Shown here piece after piece: positions 20,125 to 26,867 of a stretch of 32,358 nucleotides of DNA. The stretch is taken from NCBI GenBank assembly GCA_040393685.1, contig JBEBTQ010000001.1, positions 1 through 32,358 of the forward strand, read 5' to 3'. The notes under the pieces are model-generated. The model made no database searches, was not told where the DNA came from, and saw nothing but the letters and a program-made list of their open reading frames with translations. Origin of the DNA: Advenella kashmirensis (GTDB lineage: Bacteria; Pseudomonadota; Gammaproteobacteria; Burkholderiales; Burkholderiaceae_B). Numbering within the stretch: the stretch's first letter is position 1; each line of letters begins with the position of its first letter. The position numbers and the translations under genes were made by a program.

Positions 20125-20167
20125 TCAGGGAATCGGAGGAGGCGCAACTCCCCCGGTTTCAGATCGA

Positions 20168-20196
20168 AATTTACTAAACGTTTCTAAGGTTGTCAA
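20168..20196 (-). promoter_or_regulatory. Sigma70 promoter for the antisense RNA
   Basis: On the minus strand: TTGACA (20196-20191), 17-nt spacer, TAAATT (20173-20168). Confidence 0.75.
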
Positions 20197-20215
20197 CTCG
20201 GATTAGGAGCACAGA

Positions 20216-20437
20216 ATGGCAAACAGCAACACAGAGCACAGTCGTAAATTAAGAGCCAAAACTGCGGCGGAATCGGTAAAGCGATTGCTTGCGGCGGGCG
20301 TTCTTAAGCAGTTTTCGTTTCGCTTGAAAACCGAACTGGCAAATGAATTTGACGCGATCGCAAAGGAACGTGGCCTGAGCCGGCCGGCAACGATGCAGTT
20401 GCTCGTAGACACCTATCGGCAAACCCAGAGTCAGTGA
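20216..20437 (+). CDS. Small ribbon-helix-helix (CopG-like) DNA-binding protein
   Basis: RBS TAGGAG. KQFSFRLKTELANEFDAIAKERGLSRPATMQLLV fits strand-helix-GLSR-helix. Confidence 0.75.
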   Translation: MANSNTEHSRKLRAKTAAESVKRLLAAGVLKQFSFRLKTELANEFDAIAKERGLSRPATMQLLVDTYRQTQSQ

Positions 20438-20520
20438 ACGACACCCGATGTTCAGATTTGAGCTGGTCTGACGGGTGTGTCACGCGAGAGGACAACTGTC
20501 AGATCAGATCGGGACGTTCA
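20435..20520. other. Highly base-paired non-coding element
   Basis: Nested stems TGAACG/CGTTCA, CCCGAT/ATCGGG, CTGGTCTGACGG/CTGTCAGATCAG and TGTC/GACA. Confidence 0.5.
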
Positions 20521-20527
20521 GTTAATC

Positions 20528-20602
20528 TTATTTTCTTCGAAGCAGTCGCGGTACGCACACCTTGACGTGGCAGCCATTTGCATTCTTCTGAATACTAGCC
20601 AT
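20528..20602 (-). pseudogene. N-terminal stub of a tyrosine integrase
   Basis: MASIQKNANGCHVKVCVPRLLRRK* resembles the MASIxK..xGW.V.V start of phage integrases and begins immediately after the arm-type repeats. Confidence 0.55.
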
Positions 20603-20607
20603 CTTGC

Positions 20608-20638
20608 GGGTAAATGCGTGGGTAAATCTTGGGTAAAT
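20608..20638. repeat. Three GGGTAAAT direct repeats, likely integrase arm-binding sites
   Basis: Copies at 20608, 20620 and 20631 (11-12 nt period), about 110 bp from the att core. Confidence 0.7.
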
Positions 20639-20689
20639 TTGTTGAAGCTTGCGATTAATACAGCAAACACAAATTTAGTTCTCACATTC

Positions 20690-20702
20690 CAAGTCTTTGA
20701 TT
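20690..20702 (-). promoter_or_regulatory. IHF binding site in the att arm
   Basis: AATCAAAGACTTG matches the consensus WATCAANNNNTTR exactly, with AT-rich sequence upstream. Confidence 0.65.
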
Positions 20703-20744
20703 TTTATGATTATTGACTTAGGTGATGGATGGATTTCAGTGCTG

Positions 20745-20765
20745 TGGTGCCGATAAGAGGCACCA
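20745..20765 (-). mobile_element. att core: duplicated tRNA 3' fragment (probably tRNA-Thr)
   Basis: Minus strand reads CCTCTTATCGGCACCA (T-stem 3' side, acceptor, CCA), like tRNA-Thr(CGT) ends. It also forms the inverted repeat TGGTGCC-N7-GGCACCA. Confidence 0.75.
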
Positions 20766-20823
20766 TAAATCTAGTATCTATGCGGGCTGCAGGCGGTTTG
20801 TGAGTAGTAATTGAGTCGAAAGA

Positions 20824-21081
20824 TCACAGATTCAAATATCTGCTGATTTCCGCGCCTGTAATTCGTCCATCAATAGGCCTGATTTTCCCCTCGGCTATGC
20901 GCTTCTGCAGAGTACTATAGCTTATTCCAAGAACCTTTGCCGCATCGGTGATGTGGTAAACGGCAACTTTTTCGAGCATGTTCTTCGCGCCCAGTTCGCC
21001 GGCGCGCACAAGCATCCTGTCGAATTCTGATTTATCAATCTGCACAATCTCAGTGGATTTGGTTTCTTTAACGATTTCCAT
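20824..21081 (-). CDS. Excisionase-like HTH protein
   Basis: HTH-like segment YHITDAAKVLGISYSTLQKRIAEGKI. It is the last gene before att. Confidence 0.75.
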   Translation of the reverse strand: MEIVKETKSTEIVQIDKSEFDRMLVRAGELGAKNMLEKVAVYHITDAAKVLGISYSTLQKRIAEGKIRPIDGRITGAEISRYLNL

Positions 21082-21172
21082 TTTCTATACTCCAGGGCGC
21101 CGGCGGCAGGTTCGGGTACTTTCTACTGGTCTCAATCCAGCGGGCTATGTGTTCGGGGTGAAATTTGGTCAT
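21068..21172 (-). CDS. Small phage ORF, 34 aa (not in track)
   Basis: MTKFHPEHIARWIETSRKYPNLPPAPWSIENGNR*, overlapping the xis start. Confidence 0.35.
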   Translation of the reverse strand: MTKFHPEHIARWIETSRKYPNLPPAPWSIENGNR

Positions 21173-21228
21173 TTGGCATATGTCATTTTGTAAATTCACT
21201 TAAAATAGCCCCAACTGGAGGCCATAAA

Positions 21229-21927
21229 ATGGATAAGAAAGGGGCGAATGCTGCCTGGTTTTTCTTTGGAATAGCTGCTACATTTGTATTCCTGGCTATT
21301 GCTGATAGGGCAGTCTTACTCAGCTTGAGAAATAACTTCGGCTGGACCGCAATCGGCTCTATAGGGACGTTCGGAGCTGTTGCCGTAGCTTTGTACCAAA
21401 TATCGGCCCGAGATAGTGCAGATGAAAGGCTTAGAGAAGAGCGAAATTTACTTGGGTTAAAAATGCTCCGTGAACCTGTGCAGGCTCTATCATCAAGCTT
21501 CGAGTCATTCTCCCTAGACATGAAGCCAACCCTTGAGTCAATCAAAAATGGGCTAGAAGACCCTCGATACAGATTAAAAAGTATGTTTGAAGAACCGTCC
21601 GGATTAGAGAGCGACTTGGAACTCGCCATAGATATCGCACAGACTTTATGCGATAGAACCAACGCCATTGATTTCACACTTGTTAACGCGAATTTGGATT
21701 ATTTCTTGAGCTCCAAGCCAGAGGTTAATGAATTGACTGAAAGGTTATTTTTGGTATTTCAACATGTGAGTGGAATAAAGACTAAAGCAGATGTATTGTT
21801 AGGTACTCCTAGCAATAGAATCAAAACAAGAATTATGTTACTCAAGCATTTGGATTGTTTGCTTGATAGGTCTAAGGACGATTTAGATCGACTCAATCAG
21901 TTGGTCTCCAATCTCTGCAAAAAATAA
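21229..21927 (+). CDS. AT-rich accessory (moron) membrane protein, 2 N-terminal TM plus a helical domain
   Basis: Strong RBS GGAGG, opposite strand to its neighbours, visibly lower GC, two hydrophobic segments. Confidence 0.8.
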   Translation: MDKKGANAAWFFFGIAATFVFLAIADRAVLLSLRNNFGWTAIGSIGTFGAVAVALYQISARDSADERLREERNLLGLKMLREPVQALSSSFESFSLDMKPTLESIKNGLEDPRYRLKSMFEEPSGLESDLELAIDIAQTLCDRTNAIDFTLVNANLDYFLSSKPEVNELTERLFLVFQHVSGIKTKADVLLGTPSNRIKTRIMLLKHLDCLLDRSKDDLDRLNQLVSNLCKK

Positions 21928-21949
21928 AGTGCTACATGGATAGCGTCGG

Positions 21950-22093
21950 TCATGACAGCCACTTCAGGCAAGCCACTACGCCAAGCGTAAAGCCAGCTCC
22001 AATCAGAATAGCTTTGCCGAATAGAGTTACGCTGCCGCATATATCTATCAGTATCGCTTCCCACCATTTCAAGGGTTCGGTTCGTTTTGTCAT
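21950..22093 (-). CDS. Small hydrophobic phage protein, 47 aa (not in track)
   Basis: MTKRTEPLKWWEAILIDICGSVTLFGKAILIGAGFTLGVVACLKWLS*, with ATGA overlaps at both ends. Confidence 0.6.
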   Translation of the reverse strand: MTKRTEPLKWWEAILIDICGSVTLFGKAILIGAGFTLGVVACLKWLS

Positions 22094-22434
22094 TTCTCCA
22101 ACTCCGGCACAAACGCCAGCGCCCGGACGGTGTAGCCAAGGTAGCGCTCTTCGTCCAGAAAGGATGGTGGGGTTTTACACGCTTCATAAAACCGGTAGTA
22201 GCCGTCTTGGTTGCTGCTCTGATACATGACCGGCTCCATCCCCGCAACCAAATCCCGCTGGCCTTGGGCGTAGGCGGCTTGAAAGAACTCGTATAAATCA
22301 GCCGCCATCTTGTATTTGTATTGTCCTTTCAATACCTTGATCAGATCAGATTCATGCCGCTGAAGTCCATCGGCGCCAAGGAATGTGGTCTTCGATACTG
22401 CAAGCTCAAAAGCATCTCTGATTTTGTCTGTCAT
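22090..22434 (-). CDS. Phage hypothetical protein
   Basis: Start MTDKIRDAFE behind GAGGG. Fits the operon packing. Confidence 0.7.
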   Translation of the reverse strand: MTDKIRDAFELAVSKTTFLGADGLQRHESDLIKVLKGQYKYKMAADLYEFFQAAYAQGQRDLVAGMEPVMYQSSNQDGYYRFYEACKTPPSFLDEERYLGYTVRALAFVPELEK

Positions 22435-22441
22435 GGTTCCC

Positions 22442-22612
22442 TCACAGCCAAATAGCGAAAAGCGCGCATGAAATAACAACAAAAGCGCAGATAGCTAGAA
22501 TTATCTGTATAGTCAAGATGGTGCGTTGTCCGTCAGCTTCTAATAAGAATGCTGCCGACAAGAATCCAATGGTGATGAACAGTAAGGCAGTCTTTATGAA
22601 CGCATCTGTCAT
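22442..22612 (-). CDS. Small 2-TM phage protein, 56 aa (not in track)
   Basis: MTDAFIKTALLFITIGFLSAAFLLEADGQRTILTIQIILAICAFVVISCALFAIWL*, with an ATGA overlap and RBS GGAGG. Confidence 0.65.
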   Translation of the reverse strand: MTDAFIKTALLFITIGFLSAAFLLEADGQRTILTIQIILAICAFVVISCALFAIWL

Positions 22613-23307
22613 GATTCCTCCTGCGAAAGCATGGCGTCTTTAATGGCTTCGCGATACGTTCCCCCGGAACCCAGCCGTTTCTGGTCACGCGGGTTCATGC
22701 AGCTGGTGTACACGACAATCTCCCCGTCATAGTCACCTGTATCTGCTATCGGGATATTCTCGGGCTTGATCGTGGGGTTCTCTGACTCCATCAAGTCGGT
22801 CAAATCCGTATCCGAAACCTCCGCCTGACTGTCGCTCGGCTGGGCTGGCTGGGATTTCAGACGAAGTATTTGATACTCCATATTTGGTGTGGCATTGAAG
22901 ATGGCGGTCAGTTCATCAGGGAACCTGTTTCCCCATCCTGCTTTGTCCAGTTGCTCGGCATATGCACGCGGGACTTTTGCGGCATCCTCCAGCGCCTCAT
23001 TCCGAATCGCTTCACGCTCGCGCTCAATGTAGGCTTGTGCCTGCTCCAGGCTTACGAGCTTGCTCCCAACTTTGACGCCAGTGCGCTCGCAAAGCGGTCC
23101 GATTGGTCCCGTTCCGGCCCAATGCAGCGAATGTGCTGTCATAACTTCTGCGACCGGTTCAAGCGATAGAGCGGCGGGTTCTGGTTGATCGGGTGCGGCT
23201 GCAAGCATGACTTTCCAAATATGGCGAAGGGATTGTGTTGATCCGAATGCCGCCTTCATCATTTCCTCTGTCGGCTCGACCGGCACAATCCTGTATAGCT
23301 TATCCAT
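22609..23307 (-). CDS. Phage hypothetical (mosaic early accessory protein)
   Basis: Modules VPVEPTEEM..A...WKVMLAAAP and IRNEALEDAAK are typical of lambdoid early accessory genes. Confidence 0.75.
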   Translation of the reverse strand: MDKLYRIVPVEPTEEMMKAAFGSTQSLRHIWKVMLAAAPDQPEPAALSLEPVAEVMTAHSLHWAGTGPIGPLCERTGVKVGSKLVSLEQAQAYIEREREAIRNEALEDAAKVPRAYAEQLDKAGWGNRFPDELTAIFNATPNMEYQILRLKSQPAQPSDSQAEVSDTDLTDLMESENPTIKPENIPIADTGDYDGEIVVYTSCMNPRDQKRLGSGGTYREAIKDAMLSQEES

Positions 23308-23310
23308 TCT

Positions 23311-23607
23311 TTATTCCTTATTAAGTGACGCGCAGGCGATCTTCCGCATAGCCACTACGCCCATTTCCTGATCGCGAGTGCATGGGTATGCTGCGATGGT
23401 TTCTAAAGCCTCCCGCATCGCCTTGTGCTGCCCGATAAGCGCAAGAATGGCGGCGGGGCTGGCTGCTGCGATAAAGTTCCTGTCGTCATCACCAATGGAC
23501 GGATCATTGATGTCGTGCCCATCAGGACAGCACCACCAAGGTTCGTCTGGATCTGCTTGATTCGCCAGCGCCTCAAGTACAGCGAGTTTTTCGGGGGGTA
23601 GGGTCAT
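23311..23607 (-). CDS. ead/Ea22-like phage protein
   Basis: Pattern L..LEALA..A....W...D..FIAAASPAAILAL. Confidence 0.7.
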   Translation of the reverse strand: MTLPPEKLAVLEALANQADPDEPWWCCPDGHDINDPSIGDDDRNFIAAASPAAILALIGQHKAMREALETIAAYPCTRDQEMGVVAMRKIACASLNKE

Positions 23608-23775
23608 GGCTTCACCTCTCCCATTACTTCATATGAAACACGCTCGAATTCGTGATCAATATCGTGGGTGTCACACCACCATTCTGCATCCGCGCGACTT
23701 TGAAACTCATTTGTGGATGTAATGAATTTCGTCACCAAAACCGACATTGTTGGTAACTCTGATTTGGAAGTTCAT
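23604..23775 (-). pseudogene. Frameshifted copy of a small acidic phage gene
   Basis: 172 nt = 57 codons + 1. Removing the base at 23709 gives MNFQIRVTNNVGFGDEIHYIHKEFQSRADAEWWCDTHDIDHEFERVSYEVMGEVKP*, a paralog of 32199-32358. Confidence 0.8.
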
Positions 23776-23984
23776 TTCCCTTGCTCCTCTTGAGGTGTGT
23801 ACGATAATCCCGGGACAGCATTCAGCAGGTCAGCGATTTTAAGACGGAAGGAATACTTCCATTCTGCTGACTCTTTCGGCTTCGGCCAGCAGACCCGCTC
23901 ACCATCAATAGACAGACATGGGCCGCCACCGGGAATGTTTTGATGAAACACATCAACTTTGATTGCTTGCTTTGTTTCCGTCAT
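23772..23984 (-). CDS. Phage hypothetical protein, 70 aa
   Basis: Start MTETKQ, with ATGA overlaps on both sides. Confidence 0.7.
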   Translation of the reverse strand: MTETKQAIKVDVFHQNIPGGGPCLSIDGERVCWPKPKESAEWKYSFRLKIADLLNAVPGLSYTPQEEQGK

Positions 23985-24271
23985 TTCTGCTCCCTCATAG
24001 ATTGACCGATGGCGGCCTTCAATGCCTTCCGCGCCTCTGTCTCCACGCAGTACAACTGCAATAATGCGTCTACCACCGTTGTATCCCCGGCATACCATCG
24101 GCAGCCGAGTTCTTGCAAGTGATCGGTTAACTGCCGCACCATTTCCGCCAAACCCGGCTCTTTGCTGCCATACTTCAGGGCTCTTTGAACCTGTTGAAGT
24201 AGGCCAATGTAGTCAACCTTCATGCCCTTGTGATCCGGGGCAAGAAGTTCTCGATCTGTTTGGGTGGTCAT
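23981..24271 (-). CDS. Phage hypothetical protein
   Basis: ATGA-coupled ORF within the operon. Confidence 0.75.
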   Translation of the reverse strand: MTTQTDRELLAPDHKGMKVDYIGLLQQVQRALKYGSKEPGLAEMVRQLTDHLQELGCRWYAGDTTVVDALLQLYCVETEARKALKAAIGQSMREQK

Positions 24272-25092
24272 ACTATGTTCCTCAATAAATCGTTATGCTG
24301 ACAATTTGGCGACAGCCACAATTGCTCCGTCCGGGGTCTGGCGCCGTCTGCATGGGCCTTGATCTGGATACTCGGCCAATCGCCATACAATTCTTCGTAC
24401 AGAGGCGATGGGTAGCCAGAAAGCACCACCATGCCTTTGACTGAATGCAAGACTGCCGCCAGTTCCCGATGCTCATCGTCTGTCATTTCAAACTGGTATT
24501 GGTGCACAGTCGCGTGTCGGCCGTTTGTGCGGGTGCTGTGCACATATGGCGGATCGACATAATGAAGTGTGTGGGGAGCGTCATGTCTGGCCAGAACATT
24601 GAGCGCGTCCCTGTGCTCTATTACGACCCCTTGCAACCGCTCAATTAATGCAGGCATATGTTTGGGATAGTTCGCCCAGTCATGGGCCGGTGTTGTCCCG
24701 GACCTCTCACTATTGGAACGGAAACCACTGCATTTATGAATCGATGAGGATCCATACCCCATGAACGAACGAATGACAGTTCGCCTCGCCTGTTCAAGTG
24801 GATCATCTGTTTTTCCTTCCGCGAGGTCGAATTCGTCACGTGCAAAAGGCGTGAGCTCGAGCAATTCTTTCAGACGGCCGCCATCGTCACGCAGCACTCT
24901 GAACAGATTCACGATTTCACCATCCAGATCGTTATAGATTTCTGCATACGTGCGCGGCTTGCGCAGTAGGATCGACGCGCCGCCACCGAAAGCCTCGGTA
25001 TACACACGATGACTTGGGAAATGTCGGATAATTGCCGGTGCCAGTTTCCACTTGCCGCCGTGATATCGGATGGCTGGACGTTTAACGGTCAT
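24268..25092 (-). CDS. Phage DNA adenine methyltransferase (D12/Dam-like class)
   Basis: Motifs RYHGGKWKLA, EAFGGGAS, YNDLD and YVDPPY. Confidence 0.92.
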   Translation of the reverse strand: MTVKRPAIRYHGGKWKLAPAIIRHFPSHRVYTEAFGGGASILLRKPRTYAEIYNDLDGEIVNLFRVLRDDGGRLKELLELTPFARDEFDLAEGKTDDPLEQARRTVIRSFMGYGSSSIHKCSGFRSNSERSGTTPAHDWANYPKHMPALIERLQGVVIEHRDALNVLARHDAPHTLHYVDPPYVHSTRTNGRHATVHQYQFEMTDDEHRELAAVLHSVKGMVVLSGYPSPLYEELYGDWPSIQIKAHADGARPRTEQLWLSPNCQHNDLLRNIV

Positions 25093-26867
25093 GCGATCTT
25101 CCTCTCAATCTGCTGTTCGCTGTAATTGGCCGCCACAATAGCTTGCGCCAACGGCGGGCAAACGGAATTTCCGCACATGCGCACCTGCGCCGTTTTGGTG
25201 AGCGGCGTACCATCTGGCTTGCGGTCGATAATGTAGTTCTCGGGAAATCCCTGGGCTCGGTACAGCTCCCGTGGCGTGAGCATGCGCAGGCCAATGTCCA
25301 CGATTTGATAATCGACGCCGTGGACGGCCACAAGGCCGAAGCGATCCCGCGTGGGGATGGTGTGCAGTGGCTCCCGCAGGCTTACGCCGTCCTGCTCATT
25401 TCCATAGTATTTAACTAGAAAGGAGCGAACTTCCCCGACGTGGCCACCGCCCGCTGTGAGCGTTGGCATTGGCTCTTCGACGCTCTGTCCATACTGGTTA
25501 TTACGCAGCTTGACCAGATGACTTGTGACCAGACCCGCCGGGCATCCGCTGGCTGTGACGGTGTTCAGTGGTTGCTCAACATCGCGAACACCGTGACTGA
25601 AGCGCTTGCCGCCGGATTTGCCTTCGCCGTGTCCCATATGCACCAGATTGGCAGTTATCAGTCCCATCGTATTCCCGGTAGATGCCCGTTTCGGTGTGCC
25701 GCCAGCGGTGACGGTGTGTAGTGGTTCGTCGAGTGACGTTCCAACACTGCCCACACGGAATTTTGTGATATGCGCGGTAACCAAGCTGTGATGATCCACA
25801 CTGGTGACGGTGCCAATGGGGTCATCCAGATCACTGCCGACCACGCCGGTATAGTGCTTTGCCAAGAAAGCGGAAACCAGCGCATGATTGCCTCCTCCGG
25901 CATGTATTGTCGTCAACGGCTCGGCAATGTCGTATTCACGACGACCACTGCGGTTCGAATGGTCTGCGTGTGCAAGGCCGACTATGGTCGGAACCACCAC
26001 AGCCTTCTCTCCACGGTTTGCGCCGGTGACAGTCCTTAATGGCTCATTTGTCGGCTCGACGCGGCCGCCATGAGTCAAATTGACAATAAACGGCTCCTGC
26101 GCGTTTACGACATATCGCATAATGCCCTTTGCAATCCGCCGGCATGTGGCATCAGCCAGCGGCTTGCTGCGTTCAAAGATTGACGGGCAAGGGATAGACC
26201 AGTCGATAATTTCAGAGGCAGGCACCCAGGCCTTCTGTCCCTTGGCCGGCTTGGCAAAGTGCGTTTGCTCTGGCCAGACGATAGGCATGTCATCACAACG
26301 GGCGATCATAAAAAACCTTTTGCGGATGGTCGGCGTGCCGTAATCGCAGGCGCGCAGTTCCCGGTGTTCGATCCGGTAGCCCAATGATTTGAGCTGTCCT
26401 ACCCACATCTGGAACGTCTCGCCTTTGCGAGCTGGGCACGGCATACCGTCGTCAGTCAGCGGTCCCCACGTCTGGAATTCTTCGACGTTCTCCAGAACAA
26501 TGACACGAGGTCGCACGGCCTTGGCCCATTTGACGACGACCCACGCCAGACCGCGAATCCGCTTTGAGACCGGTGCGCCGCCTTTGGCTTTGCTGAAATG
26601 CTTACAATCCGGCGACGCCCACAACAGACCTACCCGCATGCCGCGCGTTGCCATCAGTGGGTTAATTTCGAATACATCACTTACGTAGTGCTTTGTCTGC
26701 GGGTGGTTCACAGTATGCAGCGCGACGGCTTCGGGATCATGGTTTACGGCTATATCAACCGGCCGTCCAATGGCCTGCTCAATTCCGGTGGAAGCGCCAC
26801 CGCCGCCTGCGAATAGGTCAATTACAAGCTCATTGTGAACCGGAAGCAGAAATTGAGGGCTTAGCAT
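25089..26867 (-). CDS. Phage C5-cytosine DNA methyltransferase with an expanded variable region
   Basis: Motifs DLFAGGGG, SPDCKHFS, LENVEEF, PTIRKRFF, RMLTPRELYRAQGFP and GNSVCP. Start taken at MLSPQF. Confidence 0.92.
   Translation of the reverse strand: MLSPQFLLPVHNELVIDLFAGGGGASTGIEQAIGRPVDIAVNHDPEAVALHTVNHPQTKHYVSDVFEINPLMATRGMRVGLLWASPDCKHFSKAKGGAPVSKRIRGLAWVVVKWAKAVRPRVIVLENVEEFQTWGPLTDDGMPCPARKGETFQMWVGQLKSLGYRIEHRELRACDYGTPTIRKRFFMIARCDDMPIVWPEQTHFAKPAKGQKAWVPASEIIDWSIPCPSIFERSKPLADATCRRIAKGIMRYVVNAQEPFIVNLTHGGRVEPTNEPLRTVTGANRGEKAVVVPTIVGLAHADHSNRSGRREYDIAEPLTTIHAGGGNHALVSAFLAKHYTGVVGSDLDDPIGTVTSVDHHSLVTAHITKFRVGSVGTSLDEPLHTVTAGGTPKRASTGNTMGLITANLVHMGHGEGKSGGKRFSHGVRDVEQPLNTVTASGCPAGLVTSHLVKLRNNQYGQSVEEPMPTLTAGGGHVGEVRSFLVKYYGNEQDGVSLREPLHTIPTRDRFGLVAVHGVDYQIVDIGLRMLTPRELYRAQGFPENYIIDRKPDGTPLTKTAQVRMCGNSVCPPLAQAIVAANYSEQQIERKIA

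Larger units (their letters stand above)
19991..20161 (-). ncRNA. Putative Sib-like cis-antisense antitoxin RNA (~170 nt)
   Basis: Bounded by a minus-strand TTGACA-17-TAAATT promoter and a minus-strand terminator. It fully overlaps the RBS and ORF of the Ibs-like peptide. Confidence 0.7.

Noticed and set aside
20608-20638. CRISPR or iteron array
   Set aside because: The 8-bp units have 3-4 nt gaps and no cas or rep genes are present. The context fits integrase arm sites.
20477-20716. 79-aa plus-strand ORF
   Set aside because: There is no convincing RBS or motif, and it overlaps the att arm, integrase stub and structured element.
20745-20820. Complete tRNA or tmRNA gene
   Set aside because: Only about 16 nt of a tRNA 3' end are present, with no T-loop, anticodon arm or D-arm.
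21183-21677. 164-aa minus-strand ORF continuing the phage operon
   Set aside because: It is a Ser-rich antisense shadow of the plus-strand gene that has the strong RBS.
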